IMG/VR virus record: IMGVR_UViG_3300006846_000001
Location: 37,314 to 101,313 of that record
DNA from: a virus
Lineage: Duplodnaviria > Caudoviricetes
Reading direction: 5' to 3' (one strand)
Length of the DNA: 64,000 nt
The position numbers were made by a program, and so were the translations under genes. Under the pieces are notes generated by a model. That model was not told where the DNA came from, ran no database searches, and saw nothing but the letters and a program-made list of their open reading frames with translations. The first letter of the stretch is position 1. The number at the start of each line of letters is the position of its first letter. Shown one piece after another: positions 34,496 to 44,600 of this stretch.

Positions 34496-35230
34496 TCAGC
34501 CGTAGAGGAGCTGGTGCCAGGTCGCTGTGCCGCCGATGCCGTCGATCTTGAGGCCGTGCTTGCGCTGCCAATCCATGACGACGTGGTTCGTGGCCAGCCC
34601 GAAGACGCCGTCGACTTTGAGGCGGTAGCCCCGGTCCACGAGGAGTTGCTGCCACACCTTCACGGCGGGGCTTGGCCGCTCGGGTGTGCCCATGCCCAGC
34701 CTGACGGGACCGGGGTACTTGCGCCACGCGGGCTTGCCGGCGAGGGCCGGTGGGGTGGCGGGGGGCTTGGGGGTGGCCGGGTTGCTGTCCTCGAGGAAGG
34801 CCCGGAGGCGTGCGGTGATGGCGCGGGCTTGGGCGACGGTGCCCATGAACTCCATGTGCATGGGGTCCGGCGTGGAGGTCTGGTAGTCGCCGCCCCACCG
34901 GAAGCCGTGGTTCTTCCAGAGGTCCACGACCCGCTTGGGCATGTTCGTCTTGATGGGCCGACGCTGCGGGTTCTGGAGGCTGTTGATGTCGAGGGCCGTG
35001 CCCCACGAGTGGTTGCTCGGGGTTTGGGTCCCGCGGATGGGCCGGCACGCGGCGCCCCACGTCTGCCCGACCTGGATGTCGTAGCCCATCATCTCGGTCA
35101 GGTCGATGAGCATGGAGAACAGGTCGGCCAGCTCGCGGTGGACCACGACGCGAAGGCCGCCGGCCTTGGACAGGGTGACCTTGGGGTAGGAGCAGTCGGG
35201 GTACCCGCGGCCGAAGCTGGCGTCAGCCAC
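34496..35230 (-). CDS. Endolysin: M15 peptidase plus peptidoglycan-binding domain
   Basis: SNHSWGTALDIN, GFRWGG, DPMHME; C-term VDGVFG..T...WQRKHGLKIDGIGG..TW. Confidence 0.9.
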   Translation of the reverse strand: MADASFGRGYPDCSYPKVTLSKAGGLRVVVHRELADLFSMLIDLTEMMGYDIQVGQTWGAACRPIRGTQTPSNHSWGTALDINSLQNPQRRPIKTNMPKRVVDLWKNHGFRWGGDYQTSTPDPMHMEFMGTVAQARAITARLRAFLEDSNPATPKPPATPPALAGKPAWRKYPGPVRLGMGTPERPSPAVKVWQQLLVDRGYRLKVDGVFGLATNHVVMDWQRKHGLKIDGIGGTATWHQLLYG

Positions 35231-35558
35231 CGGTCGGCCCTCGGAGTTGGCGTCGCACGTCCGCCTCGTAGGCCGCCTCGTCCTCGGCCGCCTCGGGCTC
35301 GGGGGTGGGGGGCGTGGGTTCGTGGTCTTCGGTGCCGTCGCCGTAGGTGGCGGCAGCCTCGTCGTTGTCGGGGAGGTTGACGCCATCCAGACCTTCGACG
35401 GGGACCGTCAGCGTGGCGGCCAGCTCGTCGTCGGCGGTGAGCTGGTCGACGGTCCCCTCCAGGGTGGCGCCGGTGCAGTCGTCGATGCCTCCGCCCGGCG
35501 CGTCGTCGTGGTCGGTGGCCTCTTCGATGATCCAGCCGACGGTGTCGGTTTCGCTCAT
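35223..35558 (-). CDS. Acidic hypothetical protein
   Basis: Asp/Glu-rich; leaderless -10 TACCCT. Confidence 0.55.
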   Translation of the reverse strand: MSETDTVGWIIEEATDHDDAPGGGIDDCTGATLEGTVDQLTADDELAATLTVPVEGLDGVNLPDNDEAAATYGDGTEDHEPTPPTPEPEAAEDEAAYEADVRRQLRGPTGG

Positions 35559-35577
35559 ACCGGTGAGGGTACCGGCC

Positions 35578-35997
35578 TCACCCGCCAGGGGTGGGGTACA
35601 GGTCGTGGGCCTGGCGGTTGCACGTCTCCACAGCTCCGGCGCGGCGTTCCTCGGCGGCGTCCTTCTGCCTCTTCAGGTCAACGAGGTGCCCGACGACGGT
35701 GAGGGCCTGGTCCCGGTCCTCGGCGGCGAGGGCTGAGAGGAGGTCGCTCATCCCGTCGAGTTGCTCACCCTCGATGACGAGGACGTCCAGGTTGAGCGTG
35801 AAGCGACACTCGGCCTCGTAGTCAGCGCGTTGGGACCGCAGTCGGGCCGCCTCGTCGTTGGCCACATCGGACCGCTCGTCGAGGTAGTTGGTGCCCACGG
35901 AGATGCCGGCGGTGAGGGACAGGGTGAGGCCTGATGCGGCGGCGGCCGTCTGCCAGCGCCACCAGCGGCGAGCTCGTAGAGTCTCACGGACGCTCAT
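35578..35997 (-). CDS. Membrane-anchored protein (lysis region)
   Basis: N-terminal TM followed by helices. Confidence 0.55.
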   Translation of the reverse strand: MSVRETLRARRWWRWQTAAAASGLTLSLTAGISVGTNYLDERSDVANDEAARLRSQRADYEAECRFTLNLDVLVIEGEQLDGMSDLLSALAAEDRDQALTVVGHLVDLKRQKDAAEERRAGAVETCNRQAHDLYPTPGG

Positions 35998-36364
35998 CGT
36001 GTTCCTCCCGGTCGAGGCCCAGGCGCTGGTCGAGGACTTTGTTGCGTTCCTCGCATCGGGCCACGAGGACACGCACGTCACTTAGGGCCTGTTGGAGGGC
36101 GGCGACCTGTTCGGCGTGCTCCCGGCGCAGCCGCTCCTCGGAGGCTCTCCGCTCGGCGCGCTCAGCGTTCAGTTCGGACCGGAGGGTTTGCTCGGCGGTC
36201 GTGCGGTCAGCGAGTTGCCGTTCGAGGCTCGCGATCGCCGCGTCTGTGCGGGTGCTGGCGGCGTTGGTCGTGTCCTGGCGCATGGATCGCCAGAGGGCCC
36301 CGCCTCCCAGGAGGACCGAGCCGGCGGTGGTGATGGCGGTGAGGATCGTGGCGGGCTCGGCCAC
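35984..36364 (-). CDS. TM plus coiled-coil protein (lysis region)
   Basis: ILTAITTAGSVLLGGGALW then coiled coil. Confidence 0.6.
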   Translation of the reverse strand: MAEPATILTAITTAGSVLLGGGALWRSMRQDTTNAASTRTDAAIASLERQLADRTTAEQTLRSELNAERAERRASEERLRREHAEQVAALQQALSDVRVLVARCEERNKVLDQRLGLDREEHDERP

Positions 36365-36606
36365 GGGGCCGCTAGTCGTCCCAGACGAGGACGGTGGCCC
36401 ATCCGCTGTTCTCGTTGACGGACGCGACCTGCGCCTCGAGTTGCCCGAGGGGCATCTCGACTTGCCGCTCGGCGGGGAACAGGAGCGTGAGGTGCACCGT
36501 GTCGTCGCCGTCGTTGATGGTGCCGTGGGCCAGCTCGACGAGGCCGCCCAGCTCGGGAGTCCTCTGTTGGGTGACTCGCAAGTGTCGCTCGGCCATGGTG
36601 GCGATC

Positions 36607-37398
36607 CTAGGAGTTGGCGTCGATGGTCGTCGCTATCCACTCGGCGACCTCGGTGATGGGGGTGATGAGGTTGGAATCGTGGTCGCCGGGTCGCATGTGC
36701 AACTCGGCGCCGTAGGTGTTGGCGTACAGGATGGGCTCGGTGGAGGGAACGACCTCGTCATCGCTGGTGGCGTCGAGGCGGGTGCGGCCTCCGAAGGATG
36801 TGAGGACGCCGTGGGCGGTGGTGTTGGCGGGGTCGGCGGGGTCGTGGGTGGGGTAGGCGGCGGAGAGGCCGGCGATGTTGGTGTACGCGGTTTCCATGGT
36901 GGAAGGGATGCCGGAGAGGGTGGGGTGCCCGAGGAGGCGGTTGTGGAGTTCTTGCATGCGGGTGATGGGCGCCCGTAGCCAGATGCCGGCGCAGCGGGTG
37001 GGGTTGCGCCACGCCCAGTTCAGGGCGGCCAGGCTTCCCATGGACTCCCCGGCGATGAAGACCTTGTCCGTTCGGGTGCCCAGGTTCGTTCCGGCCCACG
37101 CGACGAGGACGTCGATGCGGCCCGTCGTCACGGCTACAACCGTGTCGTTGGCCCATGTGGCGAGGCCGCCCAGATCGGCGACGAGGACGGGACCGGCCAA
37201 CTCGGCGATGGCCCCGAAGCGGGGCACATAGGACGTCTTGCGCAGGTCCGCGGCTGCGGCGAGGAGGCCGTGGCAGTAGATGATGGGCACGCGGCCGGTG
37301 CTCGACCGCAGGCTGCTCTTGTACTCGATTTGCGTCTCAGAGGCGACGTAGGCGCCGACGCGGCGGGTGGTGTAGGCGCGCCAGAGGCGGGACGTCAT
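36607..37398 (-). CDS. Alpha/beta hydrolase (esterase)
   Basis: YCHG, GESMG nucleophile elbow, DEVV, GDH. Confidence 0.8.
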   Translation of the reverse strand: MTSRLWRAYTTRRVGAYVASETQIEYKSSLRSSTGRVPIIYCHGLLAAAADLRKTSYVPRFGAIAELAGPVLVADLGGLATWANDTVVAVTTGRIDVLVAWAGTNLGTRTDKVFIAGESMGSLAALNWAWRNPTRCAGIWLRAPITRMQELHNRLLGHPTLSGIPSTMETAYTNIAGLSAAYPTHDPADPANTTAHGVLTSFGGRTRLDATSDDEVVPSTEPILYANTYGAELHMRPGDHDSNLITPITEVAEWIATTIDANS

Positions 37399-37844
37399 GC
37401 GCGGCGTGCCCATGCCTGGATGGGTGTGACGGCGTTGCCGACGGCGGCGCCGGTGTCGGAGCCTGTCTCGCGCCAGGCTCCCAGGATGTAGTCGCCGGGG
37501 GAGTGGGCGGGGATGCGCCGCTCGACGCGCAGTTTGCGGCCGGGGGGCTCAGTCGTGGAGCCGCCCACGTTGATGACGCCGTGCGCGTCGATGGCGGAGG
37601 CGGCCGAGAGGGTCCCGGCCGCTGATGCGGGGCCGATGACGAGGTACACGTCCAGGTTGCTGTTGCCGGCGGTGGCGTTCTGGACGGCGGCCTGGCCGCC
37701 TACGTACACGGGGGCGGGCAAGTCCGGGACTGACACGCGGAGCAGCTCCGTCACAGCGGTCACGGTGAGGATGTTGCCGATGGCCGAGATCGTGACGTTT
37801 GACAGGAGCTCGTCGAAGTCGATCTCGTTGGTGTCGCAGGTCAA
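37395..37844 (-). CDS. Minor tail protein (putative)
   Basis: Beta-rich; position in the tail module. Confidence 0.5.
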   Translation of the reverse strand: MTCDTNEIDFDELLSNVTISAIGNILTVTAVTELLRVSVPDLPAPVYVGGQAAVQNATAGNSNLDVYLVIGPASAAGTLSAASAIDAHGVINVGGSTTEPPGRKLRVERRIPAHSPGDYILGAWRETGSDTGAAVGNAVTPIQAWARRA

Positions 37845-37856
37845 GGGCGGGCCCTC

Positions 37857-38165
37857 CTATGGGATGACGCCCACGGCGTAGACGGCGCCGCGCAGCTCGC
37901 TGGAGAAGATCAGGAGGCAGCGGGTGCCGGCCACCTGGGATGCCGATAGGCGGGTCGCCTCGATGGTCGTGGACGGGTCATCGTCGGGGGCCACGTAGAC
38001 GACGTCGCCATCAGCATCCTGCACGCTCGCGCCCACGAAGCGGGTGATGCGGACTCGGGCCAGGGCCACGTTGACTGATGAGGTGACGGCCTGCTGGAGG
38101 AGGGGCGCGACCTGGCGGAGGACGTCGGCCACGATGCGGTCACGTTCGGCGCTGGAGAGGGCCAT
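37857..38165 (-). CDS. Minor tail protein (putative)
   Basis: Small beta-rich ORF after the hub-like gene. Confidence 0.5.
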   Translation of the reverse strand: MALSSAERDRIVADVLRQVAPLLQQAVTSSVNVALARVRITRFVGASVQDADGDVVYVAPDDDPSTTIEATRLSASQVAGTRCLLIFSSELRGAVYAVGVIP

Positions 38166-39238
38166 CAGTAGACCGTCCTCGCGGTGTGCGTCATGACGCC
38201 GCCTGGCACGCACGGAAGCGACCATGCCGTCTCGATGTAGGTGATGCCCAGGACGGTGACGGGGTCCCACGCGTCGTGGCGGGGGTCGGCGGGCGTCGAC
38301 CAGTTCACCCACTTGAACGTCTCGGAGCGGGTGGTGGCCATGGCCTTCGCGGCCTTGTTGGCCTGGGCGGTCGTCCTCAGGCCGGTGCGCCCCTCGACTT
38401 TGGGCACGGGGAAGCCGCGGGCGTCCTCGGAGTGCGGCTCGGAGGAGTCGATGTTGTACTCGCCGCGGACGGTGGACTGCCCGGACGTCTCATACACGAT
38501 GTAGGTGTTGGGCGCCTGGAGGCCATCGTCGCTGCGGGTGACGCTGTTCACGATGACCCGCGAGTCAGCGCCCACGGTGTACGCGGGGATGGTGGGCGTG
38601 ACCATCGTCAGGTCGGGCGTATCGGTGAGGCGCAGCTTCCCGTCCCGGTTGAAGTGGGGGGGCAGGAACCCGACGAGCTCCATGAAGTCGGCCAGGATCT
38701 GCGTCCTGGAGGTGCCCGGCGCATCGGCGCGGGAGGCGCCCAGGTCCGCGCTGATGGCATCCAGGATGATCTCATCGAGGGCCAGGACCTCCAGGGCCAC
38801 GCCCAGCGCAGCGATGCCAACATCGGCGCCCCGGTTGAAGCCGATCGTCTTCTTGATGCCCTGGTTGAGGATCAGGCTCTTGTCTACGAGGGAGGACACG
38901 AGGGCCTCGCCCCACGAGTAGTAGGGGCGGTCGCCGTTGCCCCACAGGAAGATCCCGAGGCTGTAACTATCGCCGTTCTCCAGGTCCATGAAGACCTGCA
39001 CCCGGTCGCTGAGGATGTTGATGTCGGCTTGCTGGTCGGGCGTCAGGTCGAAGTTCGTGAGGCTCCGGGGATTCTGCCCGGAGCTGTTGAAGCCCACGGT
39101 GGGGGTGCGACTCAGGTTGGGGTACAGGTCACCGATGGTCTGCTCGTCACGGTCGAGGAGGACGAAGCGGAAGCTGTCGCTGCGCTGGTACACGCCATCC
39201 AGGTTGAGGAGCTGGTCAGTGGTGGGGGCGTAGACCAT
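38165..39238 (-). CDS. Minor tail/baseplate hub-like protein
   Basis: FNRDGKL, PN..IV, DPRHDAWD; second gene after the tape measure. Confidence 0.65.
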   Translation of the reverse strand: MVYAPTTDQLLNLDGVYQRSDSFRFVLLDRDEQTIGDLYPNLSRTPTVGFNSSGQNPRSLTNFDLTPDQQADINILSDRVQVFMDLENGDSYSLGIFLWGNGDRPYYSWGEALVSSLVDKSLILNQGIKKTIGFNRGADVGIAALGVALEVLALDEIILDAISADLGASRADAPGTSRTQILADFMELVGFLPPHFNRDGKLRLTDTPDLTMVTPTIPAYTVGADSRVIVNSVTRSDDGLQAPNTYIVYETSGQSTVRGEYNIDSSEPHSEDARGFPVPKVEGRTGLRTTAQANKAAKAMATTRSETFKWVNWSTPADPRHDAWDPVTVLGITYIETAWSLPCVPGGVMTHTARTVY

Positions 39239-39244
39239 CGGGCC

Positions 39245-41674
39245 TCAGGGGGTGGCGACGGTCGGCGTGCCGGTGAGGGGCGTTATGACGAGGCGGGCGT
39301 GGTACCGGAAGGCCGGTTCCTGGTTGCGCGCCTGGTCGATCTCGATGTGCGCGTACGTGACGTTGCCGTAGTGGTCGAGGACGCAGACGTAGGGCAGCGA
39401 CGCGTCCACGAGGGCCTCCAGCGGCGCCCACACAGCGTCCAGACCGATGTCCTGGCCGACTTGGTTGGTGGGCTGCTGCCCGAAGTTGGCCACGATGGTC
39501 AGCGTCTTGGACATGCCTCGGCGCTGGGGGTCCTTGAAGGCCACCTGGTACTCGCGGCCCTCTAGCTGGAGGAGGACGTCGGAGCGCAGGGGGGTGTAGT
39601 CGACGCCCGGCTCCCGGGTGTAGACGACTTGGAGGCTCGGGTCGGCGTTGCTGGTGAGGATCAGCTCGCACCCGTAGGTGAGGGGGATGATCCAGTCGGT
39701 CGTCGCCCAGTCAGAGAAGGCGGCGGTCGTGGCCACGGAGCGGATGCGGTACTGGGCCGACCGGTTGCGGCGGGCCTCGTAGTCAGCGAAGAACGTCGTC
39801 GCCTCGGTGTCGATGCTGGCCACGTCCTCCCACACCGGCTCTGTGCCGTCCCCGGAGTCGTAGCGCCGTTGGATCTCGTAGCGCGAGAAGCTCCCGGCGA
39901 GGGCGGTGGCCGTCCAGCGGACGAGGCTCTGATCGATGTAGGGCACCCTGCAGAAGCACCGGGCGTCACCGGTGGGTTGCTGGTCGACCTCGGCTCGCAC
40001 GTTCGTGGGCGCCGCGGGCTGGATGAGGATGGTGACCATGGCGTCAGCGTCAGCGACGGCCACGCCGCCTACCCGGAGGCTGTCCGTGGTACCACCGAAT
40101 GATGAGGAGGCGTCGCCGGTGTAGCAGTAGGGCGTCTCCACGACCCAGTCATCGGTCGTGTCGACGTCGAGGCGCACGTCGTATTGCGTCGCCGCTGACA
40201 GGGCCACCACCGCGGAGAAGAAGCCCTCCACGTACCGCAGCTCCGTGTCGTTGATGCGGGGCAGGGCCCGCACCTCCTCGGCGGTGATGGTGAAGGCCCC
40301 GGTGCCGACTTGGGCGCCGCCCGTCGTGAAGACCCGAACGGTGAGGGTCGCGTCCGCTGTGCTGGGGGGAATGATGACGAGGCGCACCCCCAGGTAGTTG
40401 TTGGCGCCCGGGCTCGTGATGCGCTGCGCGATCGAGGTCCCCGAGTCGAGGACGCGCAGGTGGTCCCCGGAGAACTCCATGGTGTAGGGCTGGGAGTCAT
40501 CCGAGTCGGCCGGTGCCGATGTGCGCAGCACGAAGCGGCCCATGCGCCGGCTCGTTCCCTCGAATGCCTGCACCGGCTCACCGTGGGACCCGACTTGCCA
40601 ATTCGTTTGGGAGACGAGGCCGGGCACCGACGGGTAGCTGATGCCCGCAGGGTTCCCGCCATCGCCCAGGTCCTGGTAACTGGACAGCCACCGGATGTCT
40701 GACGCCGGCGTCGTGGACCCTGACAGGAGGGTGTCGCGGCCCCAGCGGGGAGCGAGGAGGTAGTCGGTCGCGTTGACCTTCGACCAGTTCGTGGCCCACC
40801 CACCGGCCCCGTCCGGCTCGACGAGGGTGTCACTGGAGACGATCGTGGCGAGGGCCCCGGCGGGGCGCTGCCACACGCCCACGGCGTCGCGGTTCTCCGT
40901 CGTCCAGTAGGAGACCTTCAGCGACATGGACAGGACGACGGCGCCGCACGCGACCGTGCCTAGTGCCGTGATGCGAAGGTGCCAGTCCCCGGAGTCGAAG
41001 CTGCGCACATCATCGGGGCACCAGGGCAGCCCCGTCACGGGGTTGATTTCGCCCATCGAGACCTCGATGGGGTTGGGTGCCAGGCCGTTGTTCACGAAGC
41101 TGGCGCCGGGGGGCTGGTAGACGGTGGAGGTGGGCTGGTGGAAGAAGGACAGGGTGAAGGTGCGGGGGATGGTGCTGGTGCGATTCGGGTCCAGGCCCAC
41201 CACGGCGCGCATGGACAGCCTCGAGACGCGGGCCGTCAGAGGGAAGGCGCTGGAGTCAACGGAGCATCGGTACTGGGAGGTGCCGCCACCGATGTTGAGG
41301 ATGTAGTCCGTCGCTGACGCTGGAGGGAACACGACGGGATCGTCGATGTAGAGGTAGAGGTTGGTGGTGCCGCCCAGCGGGTCCGTCCAGGAGCCGATGG
41401 ACTCGTCGAGGATCGGCGCGTACTCCACGACTTGGAGGGTCCCGGGGTCCTCGGCGCCCTGCGTGAAGACCTCCCACAGGGTGTAGAGGGGCGCCGTCAC
41501 GGCAGGGTCGGAGGCGAGGGCCAACTCGATGTCTGTGATCGTCTCTGTGGCCGTCGAGGTGAAGCCCTGGACGAGGCCGGGTTGTGATTGGGCTATGGGG
41601 TCGGACGAGCCGACGGTGTTCATCGTCTCGTTGCCGAGGACGGCAGGGGCGTTGGTGTTCCAGTCGTTGGCCAC
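39245..41674 (-). CDS. Large minor tail protein with FN3-like domain
   Basis: PAAPTNV...VRW...YEIQR...YRIRSV; follows the tape measure. Confidence 0.7.
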   Translation of the reverse strand: MANDWNTNAPAVLGNETMNTVGSSDPIAQSQPGLVQGFTSTATETITDIELALASDPAVTAPLYTLWEVFTQGAEDPGTLQVVEYAPILDESIGSWTDPLGGTTNLYLYIDDPVVFPPASATDYILNIGGGTSQYRCSVDSSAFPLTARVSRLSMRAVVGLDPNRTSTIPRTFTLSFFHQPTSTVYQPPGASFVNNGLAPNPIEVSMGEINPVTGLPWCPDDVRSFDSGDWHLRITALGTVACGAVVLSMSLKVSYWTTENRDAVGVWQRPAGALATIVSSDTLVEPDGAGGWATNWSKVNATDYLLAPRWGRDTLLSGSTTPASDIRWLSSYQDLGDGGNPAGISYPSVPGLVSQTNWQVGSHGEPVQAFEGTSRRMGRFVLRTSAPADSDDSQPYTMEFSGDHLRVLDSGTSIAQRITSPGANNYLGVRLVIIPPSTADATLTVRVFTTGGAQVGTGAFTITAEEVRALPRINDTELRYVEGFFSAVVALSAATQYDVRLDVDTTDDWVVETPYCYTGDASSSFGGTTDSLRVGGVAVADADAMVTILIQPAAPTNVRAEVDQQPTGDARCFCRVPYIDQSLVRWTATALAGSFSRYEIQRRYDSGDGTEPVWEDVASIDTEATTFFADYEARRNRSAQYRIRSVATTAAFSDWATTDWIIPLTYGCELILTSNADPSLQVVYTREPGVDYTPLRSDVLLQLEGREYQVAFKDPQRRGMSKTLTIVANFGQQPTNQVGQDIGLDAVWAPLEALVDASLPYVCVLDHYGNVTYAHIEIDQARNQEPAFRYHARLVITPLTGTPTVATP

Positions 41675-44600
41675 TAGCCGCCCATCCTCGCGTTCGTGTC
41701 GATGCTGCGGCGAGCGATCGTCCACTCGGCCAGGACGGCGTTGGCAGCGCCCCGGGCCTTGCGCTCGAACGTCGCCTGGTCCTCCCCGGGCGTGGACTGG
41801 ATGACGACGGCGCCGGGCAGCACGTTGACCGTCGTGTCCCCGCCTGCCGCTGAGGTGGCCGTGACGGCGGCCAGAGCAGCCGGAGCGAGGCCGGCGGCCA
41901 CATCCAGGCCCTGGGCTGCCACATCGAGGGTCCCGGCCGCAGCGGCGGCCGCTGAGGTGACGAGGCCAGCGGCACTCTCGGCCACGGTTGGGGCGGTGGC
42001 GTCGAGGCCCACGGCGACGCCCTCGCCCATGTCGATGCCCAACTCGGCGAAGAGTCTGGAAGGGGAACCCGTCTTGGCCTTTGACCGGGCAGCGGCGATG
42101 GCCGCCTCCACGAGGTTCGCGGCGGCGTTCGCTGCGGCCTGCGCGGCGGCGTTGATGCCCGACTGCATGCCCTGGGCCAGTGCCGTGCCGAGGCTGTAGC
42201 CGGCGCCGCTGGCGGCGGACTGCTTGGCCGCCACCTTGGCGATGGCAGAGTTGGCGGCTCCTACCGCAGCGGTGGGCATGCCGGCCGCCCCGATCCTGGT
42301 GCCCCCGGTGAAGCCACCACCGAAGACGCCGCCAGCGACGCCGGCGGCGGGGGCCCTGCCGCTGATGCCTCCGATCGTCAAATCCGCGGAGCGGGCGCCC
42401 ACACCGGGCATGGGTGAGACGCCAGTCCCGAAGCCCAGGGTCGCGCCGCCACCAAAGAGGGCCCCGGCGATGACGGCTCCGGCCTGGTGGGCTTGGATCT
42501 CCTTGACGGTCAACTCAGCTTCACCGGCCCCCTCGATGGACATGCCGCCGATGCCGTCCTTGAAGCCTTGCTTGCCGGCCTCCCCGAGGCCGGCGCCAGC
42601 GGAGGCCATGTTGGCGTTCTCGTCCTCGATGGAGGCGATGGTCCCGCGGGTGGCTGCCGCTGCCTCAGCCTGCGGGTTGAAGTGCTCCCCGAATGCCTCC
42701 GTGGCGAGCTGGCCTATGAGGCCCGTCGCCTCAGCGGTGCGGGGGCCGATCTCGTTGCGGGCCTTGTCGTCGATGCCAGCGAGACTGAGGTCGTAGATGG
42801 CGAGCTGCTCCTCGGCGGCCGCCGCGATCTCGGGGTTGCCGGACCGGATGGCATCAGCGAAGGCCGCTGCCACCTCCGGGCCCTGCGTGGCGGCGATGCG
42901 CTGGAGGCGCGGGAAGTCGGCGAGGACATCAAGGTTCTCACCGAAGTTTGCGATGGCCTCGTTGGCCTTCTCCAGCTCCTCAACAAAGTTCTCAGCGGAA
43001 AACTCGTCGCCCAGCCCGCTGATGATGTCACCAATAGTCGGCAGACTTGAGACGGTGTCTTCAGCAAATTGGTTGATGGAATCGTTGACTGATTCGACGA
43101 AGCCCTTGAGGTCATCAAGGCTCACGCCCAGGGTGTCAGCGACGTTCTGGAGGTCCTCCTCCGCGACCCTCGCGTCGCCGGCCACGGTGGCCAGGCCCAC
43201 CAGCTCCAGGTTCAGGTTGCCGCTGTCATCAGTGACTTGGGCGAGGGAAAGGGCCAGGCGGTCAGCGGCCAGCGCAGCGGGGCCAGTGGCCTCCACGAGG
43301 TTGCCCGTCTCATCGACGGTCACGCCGATCTGCTCGGCCAGCCGTGCCTGCTCGTCGGTGAGGATCTGGAGGACCGTGGTGTAGTCAGTCGACGCGACCG
43401 TGACCCCCAACACCTCTTCCTTTGAGGTGTTGGCCTTGACCGCCATGTCCACGAACTCATCGGACAGGCCCGACGATGCTGTGACCGCGTCGACCTGGCG
43501 TTTCGCGGCCTGGTTGATCTTGTCGTTGACCTGGTCGAGGATCGGCCCGAGGATCCCCAGTTCTTCTCTCGTGGTCCCCAGCGCCTCCGCCCACGCGTCG
43601 GTGTCAGCGCCGTTCTTGGAGACGATCTGACCGAACTCTTCGGCGCTCAACCCAAGCGCTGCGAGCAGGCCGACGCCGCTGTCGCCCTGCTCAACGAGGT
43701 CCTCGAACGCCGCAGCAAACGCGTCGACCCCGGTCGCCCCCTCATCGAAGGCATCACCAAACGCTGTCTGGATTTGCACGACGCTGCGCTCGAACTCGGC
43801 GGCTTCCTTGGCGCTTTCCTCGAACGCCAGGCCAATGGCAGCGAGCCCGAGTGACAGGCCGATGCTCGCCGCGTTCGCGGCGACCATGTCCCCGACGGAT
43901 TGCTTGAGGCTGACGCCGAAGCCGCCCGGTCCCTTCTTGGGGTCGGCCAGGTCCGAGAATCCCAGCTTGAGGTTCTGGAAGAGGTCCGAGCCGCCGACCC
44001 TCTTGAAGGCAGCGAGGAGGCCCAGGAGGGTAATCAGCTCGGGGGGCACGCTGGCGATGGCACGGGCCACAGCCTCAAGAGCGGGGGCCGTGGATACCAG
44101 AAGCCGGGTGAAGGACCCGGCCACGGGGAGCAGGGCCACGAAGATGTCCGCGAGCGCGGGGAGGACTGAGGTGCCCAGCTCGATGAAGGCGGGGATCAGT
44201 TCCTCGCGGGCGACTCCCACCCCCTCCAGCAGGGCGGGGAGGAGGGCCTGGCCGAGGGTGGTGACGGCGTTCTGGAACTCGGCGGTGAGGATGCGCTGCT
44301 GGTTGGCCAGCCCGTCACTCGTCCGGGCGAAGTCACCCTGGGCCGTTGTGGACTGCTCGAGGATGAGGGCCCAGCGGGCTTGGAGCTTGGCCCCCTCGGT
44401 GATCTCCCCATTGGCTGATGCGAGGCCCAGCTCCATGGCCTTCGCCTCGACCTCGGCCGCGCCGAAGCTGATGCCCAGGGACCGCAGCGGTTCGATCTCG
44501 CCGACGAGGCCCGACCGGAGCTTCTCGAGGGTCTCATCGACGGAGAGGTTGTTGAAGGACGCCAGGTCGGCGGCCAGGGTGACGACGCCGGGGGCCAGTT